64,000 nt of DNA. Source: Spirochaetota bacterium. Lineage in GTDB: Bacteria; Spirochaetota; UBA4802; UBA5550. Below are positions 21,639 to 31,596 of the stretch, piece by piece (position 1 is the first letter of the stretch; the number at the start of each line of letters is the position of its first letter). The notes under the pieces are model-generated. The model did no database searches. It saw nothing but the letters and a program-made list of their open reading frames with translations, and had not been told where the DNA came from. The position numbers were made by a program, and so were the translations under genes. The stretch is taken from NCBI GenBank assembly GCA_963664815.2, contig CAXXHB010000003.1:3296001-3360000 (forward strand). The letters run 5' to 3'.

Positions 21639-23240
21639 CTAGTTTTTAAGATTTATTAACCTTTTAATCTCCTCTTTAAGCACCACCTTGTTTACCTTCC
21701 CGGTAGCAAGCAGAGGGAGTTCAGGTTTAATAATAAACTTTTTTGGAACCTTGAAATTAGCAAGTTTATCCCGGCAGATATTTCTGACCTCATCCTCGGT
21801 AGCTGATTTACCCGGTTTAAGCATTATAAATGCCCACCCTACTTCCTGATAAAGCGGATCAGGTACCCCTATTACTGCCGAGAACATCACGGCCGGATGC
21901 GATTCTATGACCTCCTCAACCTCCCGCGGAAATACATTTTCTCCACCCGTTTTAAACATCTCCGATTTTCTGCCGGTCATAAACAGATTGCCGTTTTCAT
22001 CCAGATACGCCAGATCATTGCTGTGAAACCACCCATCTGCATCAAAGGCTTTCTTCGTAGCTTCAGGCTGATTGAGATATTCCTTAAAAAGGAAAGGGCC
22101 TCTGAACACCATCTCTCCCACTGTTCCCGGTTCTGCATCATTGTTATTGTCATCTACAATACGCAGTTCCATCGGTGAAGGAACTTTGCCTATTGATCTG
22201 GCTATAAAATCAAGGGTGTCATCATCAGCAGTATATGTAATAAGGCCGCAAGCTTCCGTGCTGCCGTAAGCGTTATTTACAAGACACCCCGTTTCACCTT
22301 TAATTCTTTTTATTTCATTTATAAGCGGCGCAGGGGGAATTGCCCCGGAAATTACAAAATAGCGTATTGTTTTGTACCAGCTGAGATTTTTCCAGTGAGG
22401 AGTCTGCATCTGCATAAGATACATTACAGGTACCTGCCCGAGTATTGTTATTTTTTCAGCGGTGATAACCTCCAGAGACTGCACCGGATCAAACTTATCG
22501 AGAAATATCAGCGATGCTCCACCCATAATGCATGAACACCCTATCTCCACATCTGAAGCCACGTGGTTTATAGGAAAATGCACAAGCATTCTGTCTTTAG
22601 GTGTAATTCTTAACTTCTGGATCATTACACGGATGTTGGATATTATACTCTTATGTGTCTGTACAACCCCCTTTGGTTTTCCTGTAGATCCGGAGGTATA
22701 CATAAGTAGCGCATTACATTCGTCACTGACATCGGCTGCTCTCTGTTCAAGAGCTTTATCCAGACCGCTTCGCGGAACAGAGATGAAATCATTGTAGTTT
22801 TCCGCACCCTGAAATGATTCTCCGATTACCAGTATTTTCTGAATAAACGGGAATTCTTTCCTTAGTGTAATCAGGTTTGCGGAAAGATCATTGCCGAGAA
22901 ATTCCCTTAATGTTATTATCAGTTTCGGCTTACTGTCACCTATCTGGTATCTGAACTCATCCAGTGTAAACTTTGGATTAAGCCCCAGCCACATAGCTCC
23001 AATTTTACCCGCCGCCATGTAGGTTTCAACAAACTCATTCCGTCCCATGGCAATCATGGCTATGTTGTCACCTTTCTGTATGCCTATTTCAAGGAATGCC
23101 TTTGCGGCATTATTCATCCTCTCCCGGAATTCCTTCCATGAAAACCTTAAATCTTCATAGACAAGCGCCTCTTTATCCGGCTGTTCATCCGCCCATTTTT
23201 CCACAAAATGCCACATCTGTGAAAGATTCTTCCAGTTCAT
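21639..23240 (-). CDS. Class I adenylate-forming enzyme (acyl-CoA synthetase)
   Basis: YTSGSTGKPKG, YGSTE, FHSNDLA, GRKSEMFKTGGENVFPREVE, LPLLATGKV. Confidence 0.9.
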   Translation of the reverse strand: MNWKNLSQMWHFVEKWADEQPDKEALVYEDLRFSWKEFRERMNNAAKAFLEIGIQKGDNIAMIAMGRNEFVETYMAAGKIGAMWLGLNPKFTLDEFRYQIGDSKPKLIITLREFLGNDLSANLITLRKEFPFIQKILVIGESFQGAENYNDFISVPRSGLDKALEQRAADVSDECNALLMYTSGSTGKPKGVVQTHKSIISNIRVMIQKLRITPKDRMLVHFPINHVASDVEIGCSCIMGGASLIFLDKFDPVQSLEVITAEKITILGQVPVMYLMQMQTPHWKNLSWYKTIRYFVISGAIPPAPLINEIKRIKGETGCLVNNAYGSTEACGLITYTADDDTLDFIARSIGKVPSPMELRIVDDNNNDAEPGTVGEMVFRGPFLFKEYLNQPEATKKAFDADGWFHSNDLAYLDENGNLFMTGRKSEMFKTGGENVFPREVEEVIESHPAVMFSAVIGVPDPLYQEVGWAFIMLKPGKSATEDEVRNICRDKLANFKVPKKFIIKPELPLLATGKVNKVVLKEEIKRLINLKN

Positions 23241-23314
23241 AAATCCCCCTTAAGTAAAAAATATTTTTTAATACCTTCAAGCAAGAGTTTCACAATATAC
23301 GCACAGTACTTTGC

Positions 23315-23710
23315 TTAATCTGTAACGGCGTCCTCAATATCAATAACAACCTTATCCAGTATTCTGGAGTTAGACTGATTGCATACATTAACCGCCAGCG
23401 TGTTTCCCGAAAACTCCTCAGCGGAAATTACAACCGTATCACCCGGAAATAATGGCGATGCGAACCGGCACCGGAATTTTTTAATTGAATCGGGATTACC
23501 GATCATGCTGCCGACAGCATCAATGACCATCGCGACAGTGCAGAGCCCATGAAGGATGTTTCTTTTTAAACCGAATGATCTCGCCAGTTCAGGATCAATA
23601 TGGAGAGGACTGAAGTCGCCGGATGCGGCTGCGTAATAAATCGGACGGTATTTATCTATTTCTATCTGTGTAATGCTTTCTTTTATTTTAAGTTGAATTG
23701 TCTCCATCAT
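23315..23710 (-). CDS. MaoC-family (R)-specific enoyl hydratase/dehydratase, catalytic subunit (HadB-like)
   Basis: YAAASGDFSPLHID...ILHGL hydratase-2 motif. Start moved to ATG 23710 (AAGGAA RBS, ATGA overlap with the upstream gene). Confidence 0.85.
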   Translation of the reverse strand: MMETIQLKIKESITQIEIDKYRPIYYAAASGDFSPLHIDPELARSFGLKRNILHGLCTVAMVIDAVGSMIGNPDSIKKFRCRFASPLFPGDTVVISAEEFSGNTLAVNVCNQSNSRILDKVVIDIEDAVTD

Positions 23711-24147
23711 GGTTTCCTTATTAAAATTGTAAAAACGCCCCTGCATACCTGAGCATCTTCCTGATTCCAGGTACTCAGCTCCAGATCCATCTTTTCAAAA
23801 ATATTCCTGTTTTCGATATTCAGTATTTTACCGAAAGTCGTAAGCCGGTCTCCGGCAAATATCGGGTGATGAAACTCAAACTCCTGCCCTCCGTGCAGCA
23901 TTCTCGGGTAATCTATGCCAAGATCCTTATCCGTAAGGATATAATCAAAAATATCAGCCTGCGGTACAACTATGAAGCATGGAGGAGCCTGCAGCCTTTG
24001 TGGCAATCTGCTCATTTCACTTAACGGAACTGAATACAACGGTGAAGGATTTTTTGTCGCTTTTGCGTATTCAAGAATTTTACGCGCGTATACATCGTAG
24101 ACCATCGGCGGATAGGTTTTGCCGGCAGCTGAAGGATTTAACGCCAT
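23707..24147 (-). CDS. MaoC-like dehydratase partner subunit (HadA/FAS1-like)
   Basis: GKTYPP...KILEYAKA...APPCF...MLHGGQEFEFHHPIFAGD. Confidence 0.85.
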   Translation of the reverse strand: MALNPSAAGKTYPPMVYDVYARKILEYAKATKNPSPLYSVPLSEMSRLPQRLQAPPCFIVVPQADIFDYILTDKDLGIDYPRMLHGGQEFEFHHPIFAGDRLTTFGKILNIENRNIFEKMDLELSTWNQEDAQVCRGVFTILIRKP

Positions 24148-24318
24148 CTGTACCTCCCGATATCCGGTTGCTGATTAAAACCGGAAAATCTGAATTATGT
24201 AATTAGTAAATTTTACATTGAGATACTAGAGGGTATTCCCGCGGATGTGAATCATCCTATCGGTTATATTCGTGTGGTCGATAAAGCTATTAATGATTTA
24301 TAAATATAAAAAAGCCTG

Positions 24319-25005
24319 CTAACTTAGGTCGCCGTTCTGAAACCAGAGTATGGCTTTGGCTGTAAGTTCCGATGAGGATTCAACACCAATTTTTTCTTTT
24401 ATACGTTCCCTGTATGTTCCGATTGTGTTTACATTAAGATTCAGTTTCTCTGCAATCATTTTCCTCTTGTAACCTTTCCCTATCAGGTTCAGTATTTCAA
24501 ATTCCCTGTCTGTAAGAATATCGGGTATCAGGTCAGATTCTTTCTGATTCTTCGTGAAATATTTCTGCACTACAAGTTTATTGATCGAGTCACTTATATA
24601 AATTTTTCCATTCATGACCTGTCGTATAGCTTTTATTACATTATCAGTCATTTCATGTTTCATTATGTAACCACCTGCTCCGGCTTTCATCGCTTTTTCC
24701 GCATAAACTAATTCATCATGCATAGACAGTACCAGCACCGGTATTTTCATGTTCCTGTCGTTAAGATATTTCAGCAATTCCAGCCCGCTGACATCCCTCA
24801 ATGTAATATCAGCTATTATCATATCGGGAGATCTGGATGTTACAAGTCTGGTGGCATGATAATAACTGTCAGCTTCACCGCAGACTGTCATATCATCCTC
24901 TCCATTTATCAGCTGAACAAGTCCTTTCCTGAAAACCGGGTGATCATCCAGAAGAAGTATCTTTTTTTTATCCATCATGATTTTCTTCACCTGAGCAGTC
25001 GACAT
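24319..25005 (-). CDS. NarL/LuxR family response regulator
   Basis: LLDDHPVFRKGL, IADITL, LSMH, GYIMK; C-terminal LTDREFEIL...TIGTYRERIKEK HTH. Confidence 0.92.
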   Translation of the reverse strand: MSTAQVKKIMMDKKKILLLDDHPVFRKGLVQLINGEDDMTVCGEADSYYHATRLVTSRSPDMIIADITLRDVSGLELLKYLNDRNMKIPVLVLSMHDELVYAEKAMKAGAGGYIMKHEMTDNVIKAIRQVMNGKIYISDSINKLVVQKYFTKNQKESDLIPDILTDREFEILNLIGKGYKRKMIAEKLNLNVNTIGTYRERIKEKIGVESSSELTAKAILWFQNGDLS

Positions 25006-26179
25006 GCACTCTCGGTATCCTCAGCGAGATGACTGTCCCGTTTTTTTTATTACTCATAACATCAAGCACGCCTCCTATTATTCTTGCCCTGTACTGCATA
25101 ATACGGAGTCCGCTTCCGCTTCCTTTAAGATAATCCGCCGAAAATCCGCATCCATTGTCATATATATTCATGTAGACATTATTCATATCTGATTTCAGGT
25201 CGATTTTAATCGATGTTGCCTTACCATGCTTGACCGAGTTTGTAACAGACTCCTGCGCTATGTGATACATATGCATTGCTATGGTGGTATCATGAATATA
25301 AAATGGTTCCTCAAAAAATACTGCACATTTGATACGGAAAATCTTCCGCGTTGTTAAGGAGAGATCCCTGAGAGCTGAAACAAGTCCTTTTTTCTCAATT
25401 ATTACCGGGTACAATCCTTTTGACAGACGCCTTGTTTTTTCCGTAGCCTGCCTGATAAGCAGGTTTATTTTATTCGCCAGCAGTGACTCATCTTTTAATT
25501 TACCCTTCAGACATTTTGCAAGATGTTTGCTCATTGCCTCAATGCCAATTAAATGCTGACCCAGGTCATCATGGAGATCCTGCCCTATTCTGATTCTTTC
25601 ACGCTCGCTTATCTTTAAGATTTCACTCTCCATACGCATTTTCTCTGTTATATCATCAATAACTGCCAGCATACATCGTTCGCCCTGTAGTTCAATAATT
25701 TCGGCGCTCACAAGGCATTTTCTTATACCGGACACCTTCGTGTAATAGTTAACCGGATAGTTGCGAAGGTAACCATACATTGAAAGCATCATCGTCATAC
25801 GCGCCCTCTCCTCAGGATCAGGGAAAAGGTTGATTTCATATGAATAACGTCCCAGAAGTTCTTTTGAATCATAGCCTATCTGCCTGCAGTAACTTTCATT
25901 GACTTCGATGTATCTTCCGGTGGTAAGAGTTGTTATTGAAATAGGGTTTGGACTTGCGTGGAAGGCTTTGGAAAATTTTTCTTCAGATATTCTCAGCGCT
26001 GATTCTGTAGTTTCCAGATTATTATGTGCAGAAAAAAAACCTGGATTTGATACAGTATTATCATCAATAGAACTTTGCGTTACTTTAGTGTTACTCGTAA
26101 AGAACTGTCTTAAAAAATTTCTCTGTATGATAGTTCCGGTCAAATTAAAGAATGCAAAAACATCAGGGAAGGATTTCAC
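24968..26179 (-). CDS. PAS-domain sensor histidine kinase (HisKA_3/NarX-like)
   Basis: SEEKFSKAFHASP PAS; ERERIRIGQDLHDDLGQ; ESVTNSVKH, DNGCGF, GSGLRIM; GTG start with AGGAGG. Confidence 0.92.
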   Translation of the reverse strand: MKSFPDVFAFFNLTGTIIQRNFLRQFFTSNTKVTQSSIDDNTVSNPGFFSAHNNLETTESALRISEEKFSKAFHASPNPISITTLTTGRYIEVNESYCRQIGYDSKELLGRYSYEINLFPDPEERARMTMMLSMYGYLRNYPVNYYTKVSGIRKCLVSAEIIELQGERCMLAVIDDITEKMRMESEILKISERERIRIGQDLHDDLGQHLIGIEAMSKHLAKCLKGKLKDESLLANKINLLIRQATEKTRRLSKGLYPVIIEKKGLVSALRDLSLTTRKIFRIKCAVFFEEPFYIHDTTIAMHMYHIAQESVTNSVKHGKATSIKIDLKSDMNNVYMNIYDNGCGFSADYLKGSGSGLRIMQYRARIIGGVLDVMSNKKNGTVISLRIPRVHVDCSGEENHDG

Positions 26180-26318
26180 TGAAACCTCCTGTTTATGCTG
26201 AAGAATTCTTATTATCAGTCTGATTATTTCTTAGAATATTTACCAGTCATTTTAAAAGTCAAGTATTTTAAAGGTTGCCGTTTATTCACTTTGAACTGCC
26301 TGGATCGGATTACCTGCA

Positions 26319-26387
26319 TGATGTTGCATTTTCACTGCTCTGCTCGTCAGAGATAGTGAAGGAGCAGTTGCAGTGAAAACTATATCA
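26319..26387. repeat. Long imperfect inverted repeat downstream of the M48 peptidase gene
   Basis: TTTTCACTGC-T-CTGCTC...GAGCAG-TT-GCAGTGAAAA with flanking TGAT/ATCA. Confidence 0.6.
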
Positions 26388-26411
26388 GCACTGAAAAGAT
26401 AATTTAATACT

Positions 26412-27509
26412 TTATTTAAGCCCCTTCGCAGCTTCAATTCTCCTCTTGATTGAAGGATGGCTGTACAGAAAAAATTCCACAACAGGATGAGGCTCCTTAT
26501 CCGCCAGATTAATCTCCGCGAGTTTTTCCATTGTACTTACAAAAGAATTAAGATCACCGGTGGTCCTGAGAGCATACTCATCGGCCTGAAATTCATATTT
26601 TCTGGAGATAAAATTTGTAAGGGGCATGAGGATCAGACCGGAGAGCGTAAGATAGAATACAAGCGCCGGAAGAGCGGCAAGGTCATACACATTCACAAAT
26701 CCCATACTCCTTATTGTAATGGAATGAAGTATGCTGCATATATAGAAAGAAGCGAATATTACAACAGTGCTGAACATTATATTTTTTACAATGTGACGGT
26801 GTTTGTAATGACCCGCCTCATGGGCAAATACAGTTGCAATTTCATCTGAAGTAAACTTCTCAAGAAGAGTATCGCTCAAAATTATTCTCTTGCTTTTACC
26901 CAGTCCGGTAAAACCGGCATTGGCCTTCTTGGTATCCTTGCTCATATTAAAACTGTATATCCCGGTAATATTGATCTTCACATCAGAGAGTATTTTTTCA
27001 ACCTTCTCTTTTATTTCCCCATCCTCAAGCTTTGTGAATTTATAAAAAAGCGGAAAGATTACCACAGGGGCTATCCTGGCAAAAAAAACAGAAATCAGAA
27101 AAATAAAACCTGCAAAATAAAGCCACCATTTATCCCCCATGCTGCGGATAAGAAAGTAGAACACAAGTGATACCGGTACTCCGATAACAATACTAAGCAT
27201 GGAAGACTTGGTCTTTTCCCATAACCATTTAAGGAAAGTCTGGTTTGAAAGTCCGAATTTATGTTCTACTACAAAGCTCCCGTAAAATTCAAAAGGGAGG
27301 CCGATTACGGAAAATCCCAACCCGATTATCAGCATAAAAACAAGAAAATTGATATAAATATTCCCGGCAACAGCCGAGATACCTGCGATAAATACAGCTA
27401 TACCGGAAAATGCAAGTAATGTAATCAGTAAAAGATCGAGCACCAGATCTATAATTGATAATCTCAGTTTGATTCTGTTATAAAGCTTTTCATTAGAAAC
27501 CTGTTCCAT
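26412..27509 (-). CDS. M48 family zinc metallopeptidase (Ste24/CAAX protease-like)
   Basis: KANAGFTGLGKSKRIILSDTL, AHEAGH (HExxH), SRKYEFQADEYA, YSHP; multi-TM. Confidence 0.93.
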   Translation of the reverse strand: MEQVSNEKLYNRIKLRLSIIDLVLDLLLITLLAFSGIAVFIAGISAVAGNIYINFLVFMLIIGLGFSVIGLPFEFYGSFVVEHKFGLSNQTFLKWLWEKTKSSMLSIVIGVPVSLVFYFLIRSMGDKWWLYFAGFIFLISVFFARIAPVVIFPLFYKFTKLEDGEIKEKVEKILSDVKINITGIYSFNMSKDTKKANAGFTGLGKSKRIILSDTLLEKFTSDEIATVFAHEAGHYKHRHIVKNIMFSTVVIFASFYICSILHSITIRSMGFVNVYDLAALPALVFYLTLSGLILMPLTNFISRKYEFQADEYALRTTGDLNSFVSTMEKLAEINLADKEPHPVVEFFLYSHPSIKRRIEAAKGLK

Positions 27510-27869
27510 TATATTATCCTTTAAGTTATATTTTGCTATAGACTTTGCCCCCCTATCCTCCCCGACAGACCAGACTAACTGTCTGGAGGAAAATCCAGGC
27601 TGTTTGACAGATCCGGAGGTGCAGGGGTAAAACTGTATTCCGGCTTATATTAAACTCATATATCAGAGCATTATTAAAATATACAGATTCAGCAAATCTA
27701 TATCCCTCCCATTTTAGCTGCAACAAACTTTTTTATTCCTTAACAGCTTTGTTCCTGCAGTTTATCTGCCGTTCTGAGCTGTTTATGACAAATGATTATC
27801 CGGAATATCACTATGGAAGCATCTGCATCTCCGGCAAAAAAATCAGGATAAGACTTAATATATCAGAAC

Positions 27870-28562
27870 TCACACCCTGCTCTCTTTCAGTTTTATACTC
27901 CATAAAAAATTATAAAGAACCTCAAGAGACTTGAATCCTCCGGAGAGTATTGCAGATATTTCACCGTTGAAAATTTCATCCCCGATATTACAGGTCCGCA
28001 TAAGGTAAAGGTTTTTCTTCTGATACCACTCCTGAAGGCTTTCCGGCAGTGAATTTTCAATCTTTCTTTTATACACATCCCCCTCAACAGAAAAGATACC
28101 CTTCTTTCGAATAGCGGTTGAAATCTTCTGAAACTCATCCACTCTTCTGATAATCTCGCCCCGGAACAGGTCCATTGTACTTTTAGTCGCACTATAAAAT
28201 CCCATCCCATATCTGTATGAATCGGGCATAAGCTCAAAGAAAAACGCCGGCGCCTCCATCCACTCCCTCTGAGGTCTTTTGTACGAAATCCAGACATTGC
28301 TTCTGTAAGGTGACTTGTCGCGGGAAAATCTTACGTCGCGGTTAACACGGGAAATAATTTTTTCCGGGCGGATTTCAAAACCGGGATCAATTACGCTCAT
28401 AGTACCGGCAAGGGTATGACCAAGATCAATAAAAGGTGACTGGATTGCAGACTTATATCTCTCCCTGTTAGCCTCAAACCATGTTTTATTATTATTTAAA
28501 AGAAGATCATTCATAAAAGCGAATGTTTCATCAGTGAAACCGTTAAAACCGTTTTTCTTCAT
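27870..28562 (-). CDS. DUF2461 family protein
   Basis: NNNKTWFEANRERY, ISRVNRDVRFSRDKSPYR. Confidence 0.9.
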   Translation of the reverse strand: MKKNGFNGFTDETFAFMNDLLLNNNKTWFEANRERYKSAIQSPFIDLGHTLAGTMSVIDPGFEIRPEKIISRVNRDVRFSRDKSPYRSNVWISYKRPQREWMEAPAFFFELMPDSYRYGMGFYSATKSTMDLFRGEIIRRVDEFQKISTAIRKKGIFSVEGDVYKRKIENSLPESLQEWYQKKNLYLMRTCNIGDEIFNGEISAILSGGFKSLEVLYNFLWSIKLKESRV

Positions 28563-28832
28563 ATAGATTCTCCATTAATTTTAAACAGAATACATTTTAT
28601 CTGTAATATTACAGGCCATAAAGTTAATACAGATATTCGGCACTATTTAACTTATTGTACTGAAACATTTCAATATAAATTAGAGCAATACATTGCTAAA
28701 ATTAAACTTTTCTGTAAATTTATTTTGAATATCATGCATTTATTATTATATTTTATATAAATATTAAAAATAGATAATCACTTTTTCTTATCCTTATACC
28801 CTTGCTAACTGGATAAAATTAATGGATAGGAA

Positions 28833-31379
28833 ATGAAACACCTGCGGAAAGACATCATGGATAAAAATAAACTATTACTGCTTGTAGAGGATGAAGCTAT
28901 AATAGCCCTGACTCAGAAAAAGCTGCTTGAGAGATACGGCTACAGGGTCATTACGGCGAGTTCCGGGGATAAGGCCATTGAGATTGCAAGACAGAATGAT
29001 GATATAGACCTGATCCTTATGGATATTGATCTGGGAGCAGGAATTGACGGCCCCGAAACAGCAATTATTATTCTGAAGTACCGCGACATACCGGTTATAT
29101 TTCTCTCAAGTCATACAGAACCCGAGATCGTTGAAAAAACCGAAAGAATAACATCATATGGCTATGTTGTTAAAAGCTCAACCATTACTGTTCTTGATGC
29201 CTCAATAAAAATGGCTTTTAAGCTGTTTGATGCAAACAGAAAAATTGTAATGAATGAAGTAATACAGAAAACCATGATATCGAATATCTCCGATATAACA
29301 GGTATTATTGATGCAAACGGTATTATGAAGTATATAAGCCCCAATATAACGAAATGGTTCGGATGGCTTCCGGAAGAACTTACCGGTGCCGATGGACTGT
29401 TAACTGTTCATCCGGAAGATGCTGATCATACCCGCAAAGAGTTCGTCAGCGTTCTTGAAAATGACATGTCATCCAGAACGCTTGAGTACAGGTACAGATG
29501 TAAAAACGGTGATTATAAATATATTGAACTGACCGCCAGCAATCTTGTCAATGACCCGCTGATAAACGGGATATTAATGAACTACCGGGATATCACTAAC
29601 CGTAAAAAAACAGAGATTGAATTAAAACAGAAAGAAGAACAGTTAAGGACAGTCAGCGATAATATCCCTGAAGGATTTGTGTACCAGGTAGACTCAGGGA
29701 TAAACGGTGAACAACGCCGGATTACATATTTAAGCGCCGGGATTGAAAAGCTGTTTGGCGTCAGGGCAGAGGATGTAATTAACGATTCGACGTTACTATA
29801 CGGGAAGTTCATGGAAAATGACAGGCCTATGATTGCCGATTGTGAATCGGCTGCCATTAAAAATATGTCAATGTTCAGCATTGAAACAAGGTACCTTGGT
29901 TCTTCAGGCGAGATACGTCACCTTCTTATAAATTCCACCCCCAGCCTGCGGCCTGACAACCACCTTGTATGGAATGGTATTGTAATAGACGTTACCGGTC
30001 TTAAACAGACAGAGGCTCTGCTAAAAGAGAGCGAAGAGCGTTACAGGGAACTGTTCAATAATACAAAAAGCGGGGTAGCAATTTATACTGCAAAAGACAA
30101 CGGAAATGATTTTATATTTAAGGATATAAATAAAACCGGTGAAAAACTTGATAATGATAAAAGACAGAATCTGGTCGGAAGAAGCGTCCTTGATGTTCGC
30201 ACCGGCATTAAAGAATTCGGGCTCTTCGATGTCTTCAGGAGGGTATGGAAAACCGGTAAACCGGAACATTTTCCTGTAAACCTGTATAATGACAACAGGC
30301 TTACAGGATGGTATGAAAACTATGTATACAGGCTCCCTTCCGGAGAAATAGTTGCAATCTACGACAATTTAACAGAACAGAAACGTATTGAGGATGCCCT
30401 CCGGGAAAGCGAGGAACTATTCACTGCGTTTATGACTAACCTGCCGGCATGTGCTTTTATAAAAGATGAAAAAGGGAGAAATATATTCGTAAACGAATAT
30501 CTCCGTGATATGATGGGCTTCCACAACTGGGTGAGTAAAACGAATGAAGAACTGCCGGATAAAGAAACTGCAGAACGGATATCCGGTGATGACTGTGATG
30601 CTGTGAAGCATGGCCCTATAAAAATTGAGGAAACCATGATAGATCGTCACGGTGTTTCACATATATTTGAAACAATAAAATTCCCCATATATATTGAAAA
30701 CAAACCATCCATGCTGGGCGGTATCGCCATGGATATCACCGGATATAAAAATGCTGAAGAAAAAATCAGTGACCTTCTCAAAGAAAAAGAGCTTATTCTT
30801 AAAGAGGTTCACCACCGTATTAAGAATTTTATGAATACAATAAAAGGTCTTCTTTTTCTGCAGATTGAATCGTTTAAAGACCCGTCTGTCATAACCGCAC
30901 TGCAGGATATTGAAAGCCGTGTTTTCAGCATGATGATTTTATACGATAAACTATACCGCTCTGAAAATTTCAGCAATATGTCTCTCTGTGAATATTTACC
31001 GGTGCTTGTTGATGAAATTACGGCGACATTTCCGATAAAAACATCAGTAAAAATCGAAAAAACTATTGATGACTTTAAACTGGATATAAAAATATTGCAG
31101 CCCATCGGTATTATAATAAACGAGTTGTTAACCAATGCCATGAAACATGCATTTAACGGCAGGGAAAGCGGATTGATTGCAATAACTGCCAAACACAGAG
31201 TTAATCATTGCACCATTGAGGTAATGGACAATGGATGTGGTCTAGATGAATCAATAAGTTTCGAAAACTCTCCAGGATTCGGTATGCAGCTTGTAATGAT
31301 GCTTTCAAGACAGATTGGAGCTGCAATAAGAATTGAACGGGGAGAAGGGACAAAATTTATAATTGAATTCGATGAATAA
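28833..31379 (+). CDS. Hybrid receiver - multi-PAS - HisKA_2 histidine kinase
   Basis: LLVEDE...LMDIDL REC; four PAS/PAC repeats; LKEVHHRIKN H-box; NELLTNAMKHAF, DNGCG, GFGMQLV. Start may be 28857. Confidence 0.92.
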   Translation: MKHLRKDIMDKNKLLLLVEDEAIIALTQKKLLERYGYRVITASSGDKAIEIARQNDDIDLILMDIDLGAGIDGPETAIIILKYRDIPVIFLSSHTEPEIVEKTERITSYGYVVKSSTITVLDASIKMAFKLFDANRKIVMNEVIQKTMISNISDITGIIDANGIMKYISPNITKWFGWLPEELTGADGLLTVHPEDADHTRKEFVSVLENDMSSRTLEYRYRCKNGDYKYIELTASNLVNDPLINGILMNYRDITNRKKTEIELKQKEEQLRTVSDNIPEGFVYQVDSGINGEQRRITYLSAGIEKLFGVRAEDVINDSTLLYGKFMENDRPMIADCESAAIKNMSMFSIETRYLGSSGEIRHLLINSTPSLRPDNHLVWNGIVIDVTGLKQTEALLKESEERYRELFNNTKSGVAIYTAKDNGNDFIFKDINKTGEKLDNDKRQNLVGRSVLDVRTGIKEFGLFDVFRRVWKTGKPEHFPVNLYNDNRLTGWYENYVYRLPSGEIVAIYDNLTEQKRIEDALRESEELFTAFMTNLPACAFIKDEKGRNIFVNEYLRDMMGFHNWVSKTNEELPDKETAERISGDDCDAVKHGPIKIEETMIDRHGVSHIFETIKFPIYIENKPSMLGGIAMDITGYKNAEEKISDLLKEKELILKEVHHRIKNFMNTIKGLLFLQIESFKDPSVITALQDIESRVFSMMILYDKLYRSENFSNMSLCEYLPVLVDEITATFPIKTSVKIEKTIDDFKLDIKILQPIGIIINELLTNAMKHAFNGRESGLIAITAKHRVNHCTIEVMDNGCGLDESISFENSPGFGMQLVMMLSRQIGAAIRIERGEGTKFIIEFDE

Positions 31380-31596
31380 AAATTGTTCCGGGTATATATT
31401 TAATAATAAATATAAAAACTGGTTGAACTAATATAGAGTATTATGTATAATCAGTTAAATAGATTTATTATTTAACTTTATTTACTTAAAAAATGTTCTT
31501 GAAAAAAAGCATTTATTGCATATGTTCTATAGGAATACATTGCTTCAATCTCCCGGTCGACTCAGATGACAGAAAGGTATAATAAAGAATGCGCAT

